A DNA stretch of 64,000 nt from Oopsacas minuta. Its lineage: Eukaryota > Animalia > Porifera. The stretch is taken from NCBI GenBank assembly GCA_024704765.1, contig JAKMXF010000029.1, forward strand, positions 11,651 to 75,650, in the 5' to 3' direction. The position numbers and the translations under genes were made by a program. Positions within the stretch are counted from its first letter, which is position 1. Each line of letters begins with the position of its first letter. This document shows positions 24,139-35,349 of this stretch, one piece after another. Under the pieces are notes generated by a model that worked only from the letters and a program-made list of their open reading frames with translations, made no database searches and was not told the DNA's origin.

Positions 24139-25326
24139 ATGACCAAAAGCAGCGAAACAATTCCTCAAAAACCCTATGACAAGATATTTTTCTCTCTCAC
24201 AAACAAAATTAGCAGTATTTTTGCCAGTATATTCTATCTCAATTTGATACTTATTTTGATATTCTCCAGTTCATGGGCAATATATTTAATTCATAAATTG
24301 ATGAAAGATGACAGAAAAGAGAAATTGAATTCTAAACTAGTTAACAGCCGACCTGAACATGTGTGGCTCAATGAGATGCAAAATTATAGGACAAACAGAA
24401 TAAAACATATTTTCCTCTTAGCTATATGTTTGAGTGAAATTGGAATGACATTTTCAATAATTTCCCAGTTGATTTATAACGAAGTTTCAGAAATTTATTT
24501 CATTCAAAGCACTACAGGGTATGGGATGGAATATTTAGGGGATCAGCTAGTATATATTACAGGATATGTACATGCTTACGGTCAAATTGATAGTTTGGTA
24601 ATGAATACAATCCCTCGTATAGCGCTTGCTGTAATCACAATATCTATCTACTCTATAGCATTATTTGTTCGTATTCTAACACAGTTTATGGTATATCAAT
24701 ACAGTTATTTCAAATCACAACTGAATTTAAAGTTTGAGTTATATATCTCACTTTCCTGTCTTATCGTCCTATTCATTATGGCAGTAGTACCACAACCACA
24801 ACTAATAATGATGTGTAATATTTGTATTGTAATGGTGGTAATCTATGAATATGTCTTGCTTCTCATTGCAAATAGAAAATTGTGTCTTTTACTCAAACAA
24901 CGGCTTTCTGATGCAATTCAACATGAAAACCAATCTAGAACTGTAATACTCTACTACAAAACAGTATACAATGATTATAAGAAAGGATCAATTGTTATGT
25001 TAATAGCATTCTTTGCTCAATATTTGGGTTTCTCCATCTACTGTATCAATCCAGTTATTATAAAGATAGCTAAAGATTCAATCATTTTGACAGCTAATGA
25101 AGCTCTAACTCTCATAAAAATTGATTCGTATGCTACAAAATTAGAATTATTTCCTTTAATACTTGGAACTAGCATACAGATATTGCTCTATTTGACTGTT
25201 TCTCTACGCAGGACATTTCGGAGCATTTATCATCGTATTAAGCTGAATAACAATATTTCTTCTAACAGATCTTCTCTCAAACGTTTGATTGAAAGGAACA
25301 ATGCAGCTTACAGAATGAAAATGTGA
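24139..25326 (+). CDS. Lineage-specific intronless 7TM (GPCR-like) protein, paralogue C, 395 aa
   Basis: Intact ORF with seven hydrophobic segments. Long blocks are identical to paralogue A. Confidence 0.8.
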   Translation: MTKSSETIPQKPYDKIFFSLTNKISSIFASIFYLNLILILIFSSSWAIYLIHKLMKDDRKEKLNSKLVNSRPEHVWLNEMQNYRTNRIKHIFLLAICLSEIGMTFSIISQLIYNEVSEIYFIQSTTGYGMEYLGDQLVYITGYVHAYGQIDSLVMNTIPRIALAVITISIYSIALFVRILTQFMVYQYSYFKSQLNLKFELYISLSCLIVLFIMAVVPQPQLIMMCNICIVMVVIYEYVLLLIANRKLCLLLKQRLSDAIQHENQSRTVILYYKTVYNDYKKGSIVMLIAFFAQYLGFSIYCINPVIIKIAKDSIILTANEALTLIKIDSYATKLELFPLILGTSIQILLYLTVSLRRTFRSIYHRIKLNNNISSNRSSLKRLIERNNAAYRMKM

Positions 25327-25991
25327 ATTAATGATTGTATATTGCAGATAATAATTGATTTACATTTGTATTATTATATTACAGGTTATATAATTCGTTG
25401 ATTTATTCTAGATTAACCTCTCCGTATTATTATATACTATAGTCAATAGATTTGTTATAACTATAATAGTATATTTATGAGTATTTATGTACACTGTATT
25501 ATTAAATCAGAATGAATGTTTAATTATCTAATATCCTCACGAAAGAGACTAATTGGATGTAATCAAGTGTGTAGTAAGCCTTCTGCCACTGTCAGAGACC
25601 ACGCTAGGCCCGAAGCTAGAGCATTTAGTGTTACAATTAGAATTCGAAATCAACATTCAGAACCGATGTATTTCTTACTACACATCATTATTCCGCGAAC
25701 AGGCGTCTTTGAATTTCAGCTAAGACTCGAATGTAATAATTATACATAAACATCTAAAATAAGCTACGTAGTACTTGCATAATTTATTAATAGGTAAATA
25801 TCCTTCATCAGTTAGGATAATATGATATTACAGCTAATCGTAATCTATATTAATAATTCTGGCGAAGAATAAATGTTTGTAGTAAGATCCTTCAATGAAT
25901 ATTAAATATTTTGTAAAACTATATGCACAAAGTTAATCCATAAAACATATATAAAGGTTGGCATACGAATACAACTCTTAAGGTAAATGTA

Positions 25992-27119
25992 ATGGGGTCT
26001 GTGTTACATCATTTTAACTCTCCAAATATCGGAAAAGATATTATTTATATATTTCAGGTAATTACATCACTGTTATTTTCCGCAATTTTTGTATTAAATA
26101 TAATTTGGTGTGGTTACTATTGCAATCACTGGCTGATTGTTAGAAAGAGAATAAAATATTTGAAACAACAGACATGCGAAACGGAATTAGAAAAACTGCG
26201 AAACAGTAAAGTTGATTTTGTGAAGTCAACTTTCATTATTCTAATCTCATTATGTGAGATAGTATCAATCTTAGTAATTCCAGTTACTATCCTAGCAAGG
26301 GATGCTGCAATTAGTCAGAATTTACGCGTTATGAACGGGGAAACTTCTTTATCAAATTGTAGTGGAGAAAAATCACCAATTCTATTTCAAAATCACACTT
26401 ATAGAATATTAATCTCGATTTCTGCTTATTCATTTATTAATATATTTTGGCTAATTATTGGACTCAATTCATACCTTTCAAAGGCATACAGCACAAGAAG
26501 GAACATTAAGTACTCAGAACCAATAGTTTGGGTAGGATTAACAGTAACTACTGCATTATTATTAATCATAGCTTCTTACTGGAAAATTTTTATCATCTTC
26601 TTACCACTTACACCAATAATTCCTATTATACAATTTGTAGTCATGTATAAATCAACGAGAAAGGTCTACGAAAATATCAGGCGAAGAACATCGGACTCAT
26701 GGTTCGAGAATAGAGAAGATTTCATCCGGTTAGAGAGAATGGGAAAAGCTTACCTAAGTGGATCGAATGGAATATTAACTTTTCTTTTCTTGGCTATAGT
26801 AACCTCTTTGTATACAATATTTGCAGAATATTACAAATTGCTACTAACATCAAATTCCGTTCTCAAGGAATCACTAAATACACGCTATAGTTTTGTAGAA
26901 CTATGCTCGAGAAATTCACGGGTTTTTGAGTTGACCTTTACATTTAATGAATTCATGAATATATTACTTCCATTCTTATGCAGTTTTATACTGTTTATCC
27001 TGCATCTGTTAATCTTGAAGGAATGTATTATAAGAATATTGAAGAGACGGAAATTATATAAATCAGCAGAAGGAAGATTTAATCATGAAATTTACCAACC
27101 ATTGATTGGAGAGAAATAA
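25992..27119 (+). CDS. Divergent intronless 7TM protein D, 375 aa
   Basis: Same architecture: TM1, basic loop, then KSTFIILISLCEI (compare KHIFLLAICLSEI in A/C), seven hydrophobic segments and a basic predicted ICL3. Confidence 0.75.
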   Translation: MGSVLHHFNSPNIGKDIIYIFQVITSLLFSAIFVLNIIWCGYYCNHWLIVRKRIKYLKQQTCETELEKLRNSKVDFVKSTFIILISLCEIVSILVIPVTILARDAAISQNLRVMNGETSLSNCSGEKSPILFQNHTYRILISISAYSFINIFWLIIGLNSYLSKAYSTRRNIKYSEPIVWVGLTVTTALLLIIASYWKIFIIFLPLTPIIPIIQFVVMYKSTRKVYENIRRRTSDSWFENREDFIRLERMGKAYLSGSNGILTFLFLAIVTSLYTIFAEYYKLLLTSNSVLKESLNTRYSFVELCSRNSRVFELTFTFNEFMNILLPFLCSFILFILHLLILKECIIRILKRRKLYKSAEGRFNHEIYQPLIGEK

Positions 27120-28677
27120 CTATTACTATAATGTGTATTTTTGAATACATATTTCATATTAAGAAAAGTGTTTTCTCTGTGTTTGATAATTATCGCCTTG
27201 AAATAATCTATATTATTAAATCCCAATGATTGTTTGTTTGTCTGTTTGTCAAGGAGAAGATTTACGGTATGCAATTTTGAAATTCTCGCACAACTATGTA
27301 TTAATCGTGTTTATCAAGGAAGTAAATAAAATTCAATAAACTTCACTAAATATATGAAACATGCTGAATCTGAATTTCACACTTTTGGATTAATCATATG
27401 TAAATTATTGTTTTTATGAATATAAAGTAAACAAATTAGCCAGATCTAAAAATACACGTACAGCCTTGCTCTAAACGGCTACCCAGGGGTAACTAAGTAC
27501 GCTGAATCCGAATTTCGCATTTTCAAGTTTCTCATATGTAAATTTATTGTTGTTTTCATGAATATAAAGTAAAGAAATTTCAAAATTGAGGTAGAATCAT
27601 ACTTTCAACGACTATACTGGAGTAATCGAGTATGCTGAGTCCGAATATTGTAAACAACATCCAGATTATTAAATCTCAAGTGTTGTTTGTCTGTTTATTT
27701 GTCCATTGAATACCTCGAGGCGCAATGCGCCGAGTTCATCGCGAAGCGACAAGCCAAAGGCTCGTATACTTGTATATTCAAATAAGTTTGTTCGTAGTTA
27801 GGGCATTAATATCGTGCGATTATTGATCGCACGATGACATTGGAGATCTGCCTTTGACGATCGGAGGATGATCGCCCATCATTTTCCCCTAAAATTGGAC
27901 TTTTTGTATAATTGACATTTCATATAGTGGATATCTCTTAATTTCGCAGTCCTTGGATAAGTGAAGCCAGGAATTAAGTCCATTCCTAATACTGGAATAG
28001 GTCTTAATTCCCAATCGGAGTCAATCAACTCTGTGAATTAAGGAATTAAGTCCAATCCCACACATTCCTAGAATATGACTTAATTCCTGGGTTGCCGTGA
28101 GAATGGGAATTCCCATATTGAAAAATCCATGGGAATTTCCACAGAAATCCTGTGGGATTGGGAATTGAAATTCCGTTCCTACGGCAATCATACTAAATTC
28201 CAATTCGCAGTTATTTAATTTCGTGACTTCAAGGTTTAAGCCTTATTTCAATTCAGAATGAGATTGTGACTTTAAACATAAATCTCAAATCAAGTCAGTA
28301 ATTTAACTCAACAAAGTCCACTATGACGTAATGGTAATCGTAATCATGCTTATTATAATAAATTGGTGATGTGTAGTTTGAAATTTAGGATATGCGAAAA
28401 ATTCATAGAATTACACTGCAATAGTGCGTATTTATATCAATTACAATCATCCAGATTGAAATTCATAATTTATATCTTACGTGCTGTGCAGCTTGAGAAT
28501 AGTTCGTGTTCGGGTAGTGCTCGGCACTTCGTGCCTCGAATATATTCTAAGAACAACAAAAATTTATAATACGTTTTTGAAATAGCATATTTGGAATCAG
28601 CAACCCCGAAAACCCCAATGTAATTGTTTACCATACCTAAATCGCCAACAAAGGATATTTACTCCATAAATTATATA

Positions 28678-28761
28678 CAGTCGAGTCTCGTTAATACAAA
28701 CACTGTTAAGGAGTACGAATTTTGTCAGTCCCCTGGTGTACGTATTAACGAGAATCTATTG
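28678..28761. mobile_element. Tigger/pogo-like MITE (84 bp); related longer copy at 62613-62779
   Basis: TA-flanked TIRs CAGTCGAGTCTCGTTAATAC and GTATTAACGAGAATCTATTG. Confidence 0.75.
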
Positions 28762-29382
28762 TATAGTATATCGATCTAGCAAAATCAACTTTTTTCATTT
28801 ATTGATTTTGTAAAACAGTGTGTACAACTAATCAACAAAAAGCAGATCCCCAGACATCTATAAGCCTATAGAATGCTCTTTCTAACATCAACTACAAATT
28901 ACAAACACACTGGACCTCTCTATAGAGTCTTACGAATCGACATTTGACGAATTCGACATAGCATTCCATTTCCCTTTTACTTTAATACAAATCGGACGAA
29001 CTAACAAACAAACACCAATTGAGTTTTAATAATAGATATAGACTTAGTTATTTTATTGACTTTGCAGCTGTACTATCATTGTAATTGTAATCCTAATCGT
29101 GGTCAATTAAAAGTAATTGGGCCCAACCTTGGAGCGAAACAGTTTTGTCTTGGCATCTTGGTTGTTCAATGAAATGCATGTCTATGATAAAAGATGATGA
29201 ATTGATCATAATTTATTTTGCAAATATTAGATACAACACTAATTAGTCTCATTCAAAGATAGAATACAAACTATTACTTAAGTAATTACATCAATTTAAC
29301 GATATCGTTGGAAAGAAATACAAAATACGTAATACAGTTTTGTTCGTATTAATACCATGCTTTAAATACATATCTTAACCTA

Positions 29383-30465
29383 TCAATTTACTAGAGGTTC
29401 CAGCATTAATCTCCCGGAGAAAGATCTCTCAATATGGTACCTATGAGCATAACGATATTCGAACAGAATCTTATTACAGAAGTATACCAGAGAGTAGATT
29501 ATGAGAGTAGGTACGAACATGAGAAGTGTGCAGAAAAGGAATGATAGAATTAGATAGAACATGATGGTTACAGTGATATTGAAGGCAGGGGATTTGATAA
29601 CGGTGCTATTCCCTAGGTATGTATGTTCTAGAATGCAAGGCTCAGTTACCAGAGACAAGGGTAGATAAATGAAGAATCCTGATAGTATATAAAGTATCAG
29701 AGGAATACCACACAGTATAAACCAAATTATGAATCTTTTGAATTGTTTAGTACTGTGAATGAACTCTTTTGTTGTAGAATCATCTTCTCCATTCATATAC
29801 TTTAAATCATCGCATTTCATCCGTAGAATAATAAATAAACGATTTGTATTCATAACCAATCTTACATACATTATTAGCATTATCGTAATACTTATGATAT
29901 GTGCTAGTATGGTGCCTACCCCTGATAATGTCAATACAACTATGAGTACTGAGAATTTTATTACCTGTTTCACCTGATATCTCAGTTTGTGTTCTTGATT
30001 GCTGGTCGAGTAAAATCGAATATGGTAGCGAACTAGGATGTCTAGAAGTAGTAAAGTTAGAGTATAGCAATACACGGATAGGACATTACCAATGACTACA
30101 TGTGAATACAACCTGGCAATCCTGTAGAATATCGCGCAATTCACAGAGATATACGAGTCAACTAATCGCCAAAGTATGTCTCCAGCAAAATGCAATGACC
30201 CTATCATAAGTTCACTCAATGTTATGCCCATGAATATCTTTAACCTTCTGTCATCGTGTCTGTAATTCTTTAGGATGTTAACAGAGTCTGAAATATCATC
30301 TGAAACATATACCCTCTCCAATGTGCTCATTTTCTTTCTCAAATCACGGATTTTAATATACAAATAGCCTAGCCATGGAATCTGCATTATTACTTGGAAT
30401 ACAATTAATATACTCGCAATAAAGTAACCTATTTTGTATGCTTCAGGGTAGAGAGGAAAATCCAT
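29383..30465 (-). CDS. Divergent intronless 7TM protein E, 360 aa
   Basis: Intact ORF with seven hydrophobic segments. RLKIFMGITLSELM matches the family TM2 motif. Confidence 0.75.
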   Translation of the reverse strand: MDFPLYPEAYKIGYFIASILIVFQVIMQIPWLGYLYIKIRDLRKKMSTLERVYVSDDISDSVNILKNYRHDDRRLKIFMGITLSELMIGSLHFAGDILWRLVDSYISVNCAIFYRIARLYSHVVIGNVLSVYCYTLTLLLLDILVRYHIRFYSTSNQEHKLRYQVKQVIKFSVLIVVLTLSGVGTILAHIISITIMLIMYVRLVMNTNRLFIILRMKCDDLKYMNGEDDSTTKEFIHSTKQFKRFIIWFILCGIPLILYILSGFFIYLPLSLVTEPCILEHTYLGNSTVIKSPAFNITVTIMFYLILSFLFCTLLMFVPTLIIYSLVYFCNKILFEYRYAHRYHIERSFSGRLMLEPLVN

Positions 30466-31287
30466 TATTTCGACAACTAAATCAAATATCGTTAAAACAT
30501 CATTTTATATATACTGAGAAAGTCTTGCAGGGCAAGTAATAATTAGATTATTAGAAACTATAATTAGATTATCTTGCTCTACTCATGTAATTATGCAAAT
30601 CTTCTGCAATCTAACATAATCTGAGCCATCAAAATGTAGGCTATGATTGCTATCTGATATTCTTGTCATTATATACTGGATAATGTTACATATACAATTA
30701 TTGAGGATATCAGTAGAAGATAATGTGAAATAATTACAGAAATCAGAATCTCAAATGGTTACTCTTCTATCAATGTTATGTCACGAGAGATTTCCTAACA
30801 AATTTCTATAAAGTGAGAATTTACTTTGTGATATTGATTAGTATTAAAATGTGTAGATGTTCTTTTCGGAAATACTACAAATATCTCAAAGAGTGACAAA
30901 TTGCATCTTGTAGAAGAAATATATACTACGTAACTTATAAACTACACCAAGCTATAGGGGAAGTGGACATTACATATACATATAAGTAAATATATACTCA
31001 GTTGCCCGTACGTGGGTAACAAAGAAAAGTATTAAAAATAGAGGTCGGAATTCTGATATAGTAGAAGTTCGGTTAAGGCATACTTCTTCTTTCAAACCAA
31101 TAATTTAGTTCCCATTCATTATAATGCTATGTAGTAATTCATATGTAGTAATTGATGTTTCCCAGAAGGGTACGACTTGTCTGAATTCTACTTTATTTCA
31201 TTCAATAAACACATTAAAATCGCCAAAAGTCATCTATCAACCTTTTAAACCACCGAAAATCTCATTTGTTCATAAACACTTCATACT

Positions 31288-32557
31288 CCTGGAACTTGGG
31301 TCCATTGTGTTTTCTTGATACCTCCTAATCCGATATAGTTAGCTACCAAAATGTGTTATAATTGGATAGGAAGTCATTTAATTGGAGTCGATTGGTCATA
31401 TTTCTTTACCCAAAGATTTATGCAATTTGAGTTATGTGGTTTTCCCACCTTTCCATATTATGATGATTAAGTCAAAATACCGCTTCTAATATGGGCTAGA
31501 CATGTCTAAATTCACGCTAAATTGTGAATTTTAGACCAGGGATGTTGTCATCGGCCGAGGTATTTATATGGGGTTTCGGTATTGCAGAAATGGTGCATCT
31601 TTTCATGAATAAATGTATTGCACATTCGTAGAACAACAAGTTATCAAACGTTATATGCTAAAAAATTTCATGAATGTGCCAAAATATTTGTCTAGTAAGC
31701 ATTTAATTTGGTAAAATACGCCATTGTTTGATGGCTCGTATTACATTAAATATTGCATCTTTCATTTTCGAATTGACGTATGGAATGATCTGTATAAATT
31801 TTATACAAAATATGAAAAAATTGTCTCATTTTAAGTTACAGTAGGGACCATGGATGACATATTTTCATGAATATCTATAACCCAATAAATCGTGAAAGTT
31901 ATTGTCAAATAAGTATGGCCTATGTATAGTATATACCCGACTTCCCATACCCTTGTAATACATTTTGATATGATAACTCTAATCAATGTGGTGTAATCGT
32001 GAATATACACACATATGGTCACTTTAAGACCACGCAATATGCTTAAGAGATGTCATATCAAATAGCATATTCTACCAAATTAAATGCTTAGTAGACAAAT
32101 TTTTGGCGCATTCCTGAAATTTTTAGCATATAGCGGTTGATAATTTGTTGTTCTACAAATGTGTAATACATTTATCAGCAATACAGAACCCCATATAAAT
32201 ACCTCGGCCGACAACAAAATCCCTAGTCTAAAATTCACAATTTAGCGTGAGGTCTTATGTAGAGTTGACTATGAAGTAAGGAAATCTGATTGAATGAGTC
32301 GTTACCAAGGGATCCCCATTATACGTATAAAACAATTTTATCATGTCTAGCTCATATTGGAAGCAGTATTCGACTTAATCGACATTATATGGAAAGGTGT
32401 GAAAACCAAATAACCCACATTCCACAAATATTTTGTTAAGGTAATATGATCAATTGACTCCCATCCTATCACTTCCTATCCAATAATAACACATTTTGGT
32501 AGTCTACTATATCGGATTAGGAGATATCAAGAAAACACAATGAACCAAAGCTACAGG
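31288..32557. mobile_element. Long-TIR foldback element, ~1.27 kb, arms ~450 bp
   Basis: 31288-31740 is an imperfect reverse complement of ~32040-32557 (for example ggccgaggtatttatatgggg versus ccccatataaatacctcggcc). No ORF. Confidence 0.8.
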
Positions 32558-33115
32558 ATCGAACAGGCAGCCCACAACCCTTTATTATAGTAGTATATGG
32601 GTCGATCTCAGAATAATCGGAGATATGCCCTTCTATATCAGTTTATGATAACTGGTTAGCATATACTTATCACTGTAACTGATGATCAGTTCTTGTACTA
32701 ATTGTAAGGAAGAATAAGAATACTTCTGTAAGCACGAATTAATTTTTGTTTCCCGAGAGGGTATATCCGTGTTCGACTGTATATTGGAATTTAATAGAAC
32801 TAATGAACTTAATAGTAATATAATGGTAAATGAAAAATGCTTGGACCATTAGTATCCGGCCAGTGCCCGACCGACCGGACGGTACCTGGATCTAACGGTT
32901 TAGTCACAAAGAAAGGTATTAGATATCAAGTACATGCGAAGACAGCTCTATTATAAGGATTATTTACTGAAAATGGTCAAATAATTTCAATCCTTTTGGA
33001 AAAATGGTGCCCAGGGGAGAGGTGCCCTTATCTCTGAGGTCAGAGGCTTGAGTGTATACTTAAATTAATTCAATGAACAATAACAAAATTAAATCATGCT
33101 ATCAAACAGAAATAA

Positions 33116-33745
33116 TTAAAATACTTTGTTTCTCCCGCCATACAATAATTCATTTTTCTGTTCCAACAGGTAATAAAATATTCCTAAAAAGTTAGATCTT
33201 GGTTTTCTCTTGCTCATAGAGTTATTATTAGTTAAATCAATATCTTGTAACGAATCCATAGTTTGATGTCCTGTTAGTGGCAAGCTGGTATCAGTTGTAG
33301 TGGCTGAGATAAAGAAAGTGAAAGGAGTGAGCCATAGACAGAATGTAAAGTAGGCTAGAATCTCAGAAAATGGACAGAAGTATTCTAAGAAGTAGTTATA
33401 CGCTAGATAGTGTTGCAACACGAGTAATACAGTTCCCAATATAAAGAGTGGGTCAGTGAAAACAACGTAAGGGAAGTGTTTGATACATGCGTAATAGCAC
33501 ATGTGTAGCAGGACACCGTTAATTATGATTAGGTAAGGCATTCCGTCAATAATCAGAGCTATGTTACAGACAACAGAAAATATTAGGAGGTAGCGTACGT
33601 AACGTCTTGACTTAGTGCTGTACTCCTCGATAATCTCTGCTAGGTAGTACAAAGCAGCTGCTATGCCTAGGGTAATGAATAGAAGCTGAAAGAGAGAACC
33701 AGGCCAGCTGAGGAGATATAAGAATGTGTTGCTCTTGTATTTCAT
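33116..33745 (-). CDS. TEX261: TEX261/SVP26 family ER-Golgi cargo receptor membrane protein, intronless, 209 aa
   Basis: YLLSW...FITLGIAAALYYLAEIIEEY...HYLAYNYF...PFSEILAYFTFCLWLTPFTFFIS matches the TEX261 signature as I recall it. Confidence 0.95.
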   Translation of the reverse strand: MKYKSNTFLYLLSWPGSLFQLLFITLGIAAALYYLAEIIEEYSTKSRRYVRYLLIFSVVCNIALIIDGMPYLIIINGVLLHMCYYACIKHFPYVVFTDPLFILGTVLLVLQHYLAYNYFLEYFCPFSEILAYFTFCLWLTPFTFFISATTTDTSLPLTGHQTMDSLQDIDLTNNNSMSKRKPRSNFLGIFYYLLEQKNELLYGGRNKVF

Positions 33746-35248
33746 GCTAACCTAAGTAGACTAATTCAAGGAAAGAATACGTTATACAGTCGAAAACCGT
33801 GAATTCGAACTTTCACTAATTTCGAACAAATTTGTTTTTCCTATAAATTCTGTTCGATAGCTCGAACTTTTATAAATTGTAACAAATTTTGCTATTCATT
33901 GGAATTTTATAACAAAAATACCATATAAATACATCCATGATAATTCTCAGTTCTAACATCAATATAACTTTTATTCACTAAATCAAATCTCGTATAATCA
34001 ATAATCAATTCACACCTCGTTTTTGGGTCAATAAGCTAGCCTAGCCGCATCGAACGAGGGGTCGTATTGATCAAACATGTAGTCTGGATCAAAGTATGTG
34101 ACTGCAGCATAGATAGTTGAATAGGCTCAGATTAGTGTCTAAAATATTAATAGAAAATCTAATTCAAAATACGAATTCTATAAGTGTAAACCTTTTGAAG
34201 ATATTTACCGGCCCCATGCGGCCGGTAAATGAGGGATTGCAGAACACTGAATTAATATGCTGTCGGCACAATTGGAATTTGTTTTCTCTTTTAACATGAC
34301 TAAGAAAATATTAGTACATTAATTGAGTAGGAAACATTATACAATATAAGTAAGCTTATGCAAGGATAATTAATCTATACTATTAAGTCCGGAGAGAGAC
34401 ATTTCTTTACAGATTTCTGTATATTATGTAAAGATTAAGATTAAGATCCATCTATTGAATGTACAAGTATTATAGTTTCTTTAAAGTTATAATTTGGTCT
34501 AAGAGAATGATGCACGCAGAAAAAAATGTTCAAGCATATTGTTGTTTCTATGTCAAGTGTTTGAGTATGAATTCTACGAATTCATCATCCAAATAAGTGA
34601 ATTTTTAACTAATATAAAGAACTCATTTTCGTATCGTGTAACTCATTCAAAAATTAGTTGTTGAAAATTCGCAATGAATTGATACAGTTTGGCTCATGAT
34701 TGTAAATACGTAGGATTGCTTCTCAGTCCACTTTACGTCTCTTATATATTATTTATTCCTAAACTCTAATTAATACATTCTAAATTCAAATGGATTATTT
34801 ATTGATATTCGGGGATACATTCATTAAACACAAATGGGCTGATCTCGTCCAGATAGCACAAGCGCATCGTCTCTCAACCGTGAAACTACCCTCGTTAATA
34901 CAGAAAGGATATATCTTTACTGACAAATACATCATCAGAAGTATTAATTGCCCTGCCTTCTCGAAACGGACCTGTAAGTCTATTTTGAGAGTTTGTCCCT
35001 GGAATTGGATAAAGTATTCGTGAAGCTCGGAAAACCTTGCTTGAAGGCAGTATACAAAATCCCGTTAGACAAACCCTTTTAATTAATAGAATCAATAGTA
35101 CAAATGAATTTGAACTTTCCTGGGAAATTGAGTAGATCTCGAATCTTCTTAATTTGGAGATAGGGATTAATTAAAACTTGAGGCTTCCTTGAATTTTCTC
35201 TTAAAAATATTCGCATAATTTTACTAAACAAAGAAAATAATTGTACTA

Positions 35249-35349
35249 CAGTCAACATCCGCTATCTCGAATGCCCGTAAACTCGAACATTTGTTATTTC
35301 GAACAGAATTTGATTTCCTTTGAGGGTTCGAGATAACGGATGTTGACTG
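35249..35349. mobile_element. Tigger/pogo-like MITE (101 bp)
   Basis: TA|CAGTCAACATCCGCTATCTCGAA...TTCGAGATAACGGATGTTGACTG|TA. Confidence 0.85.

Noticed and set aside
34183-34210. GC-rich hairpin atttaccggcc-ccatgc-ggccggtaaat
   Set aside because: An 11-bp stem with no following CTRR or other context. Insufficient to call a Helitron end or an RNA gene.
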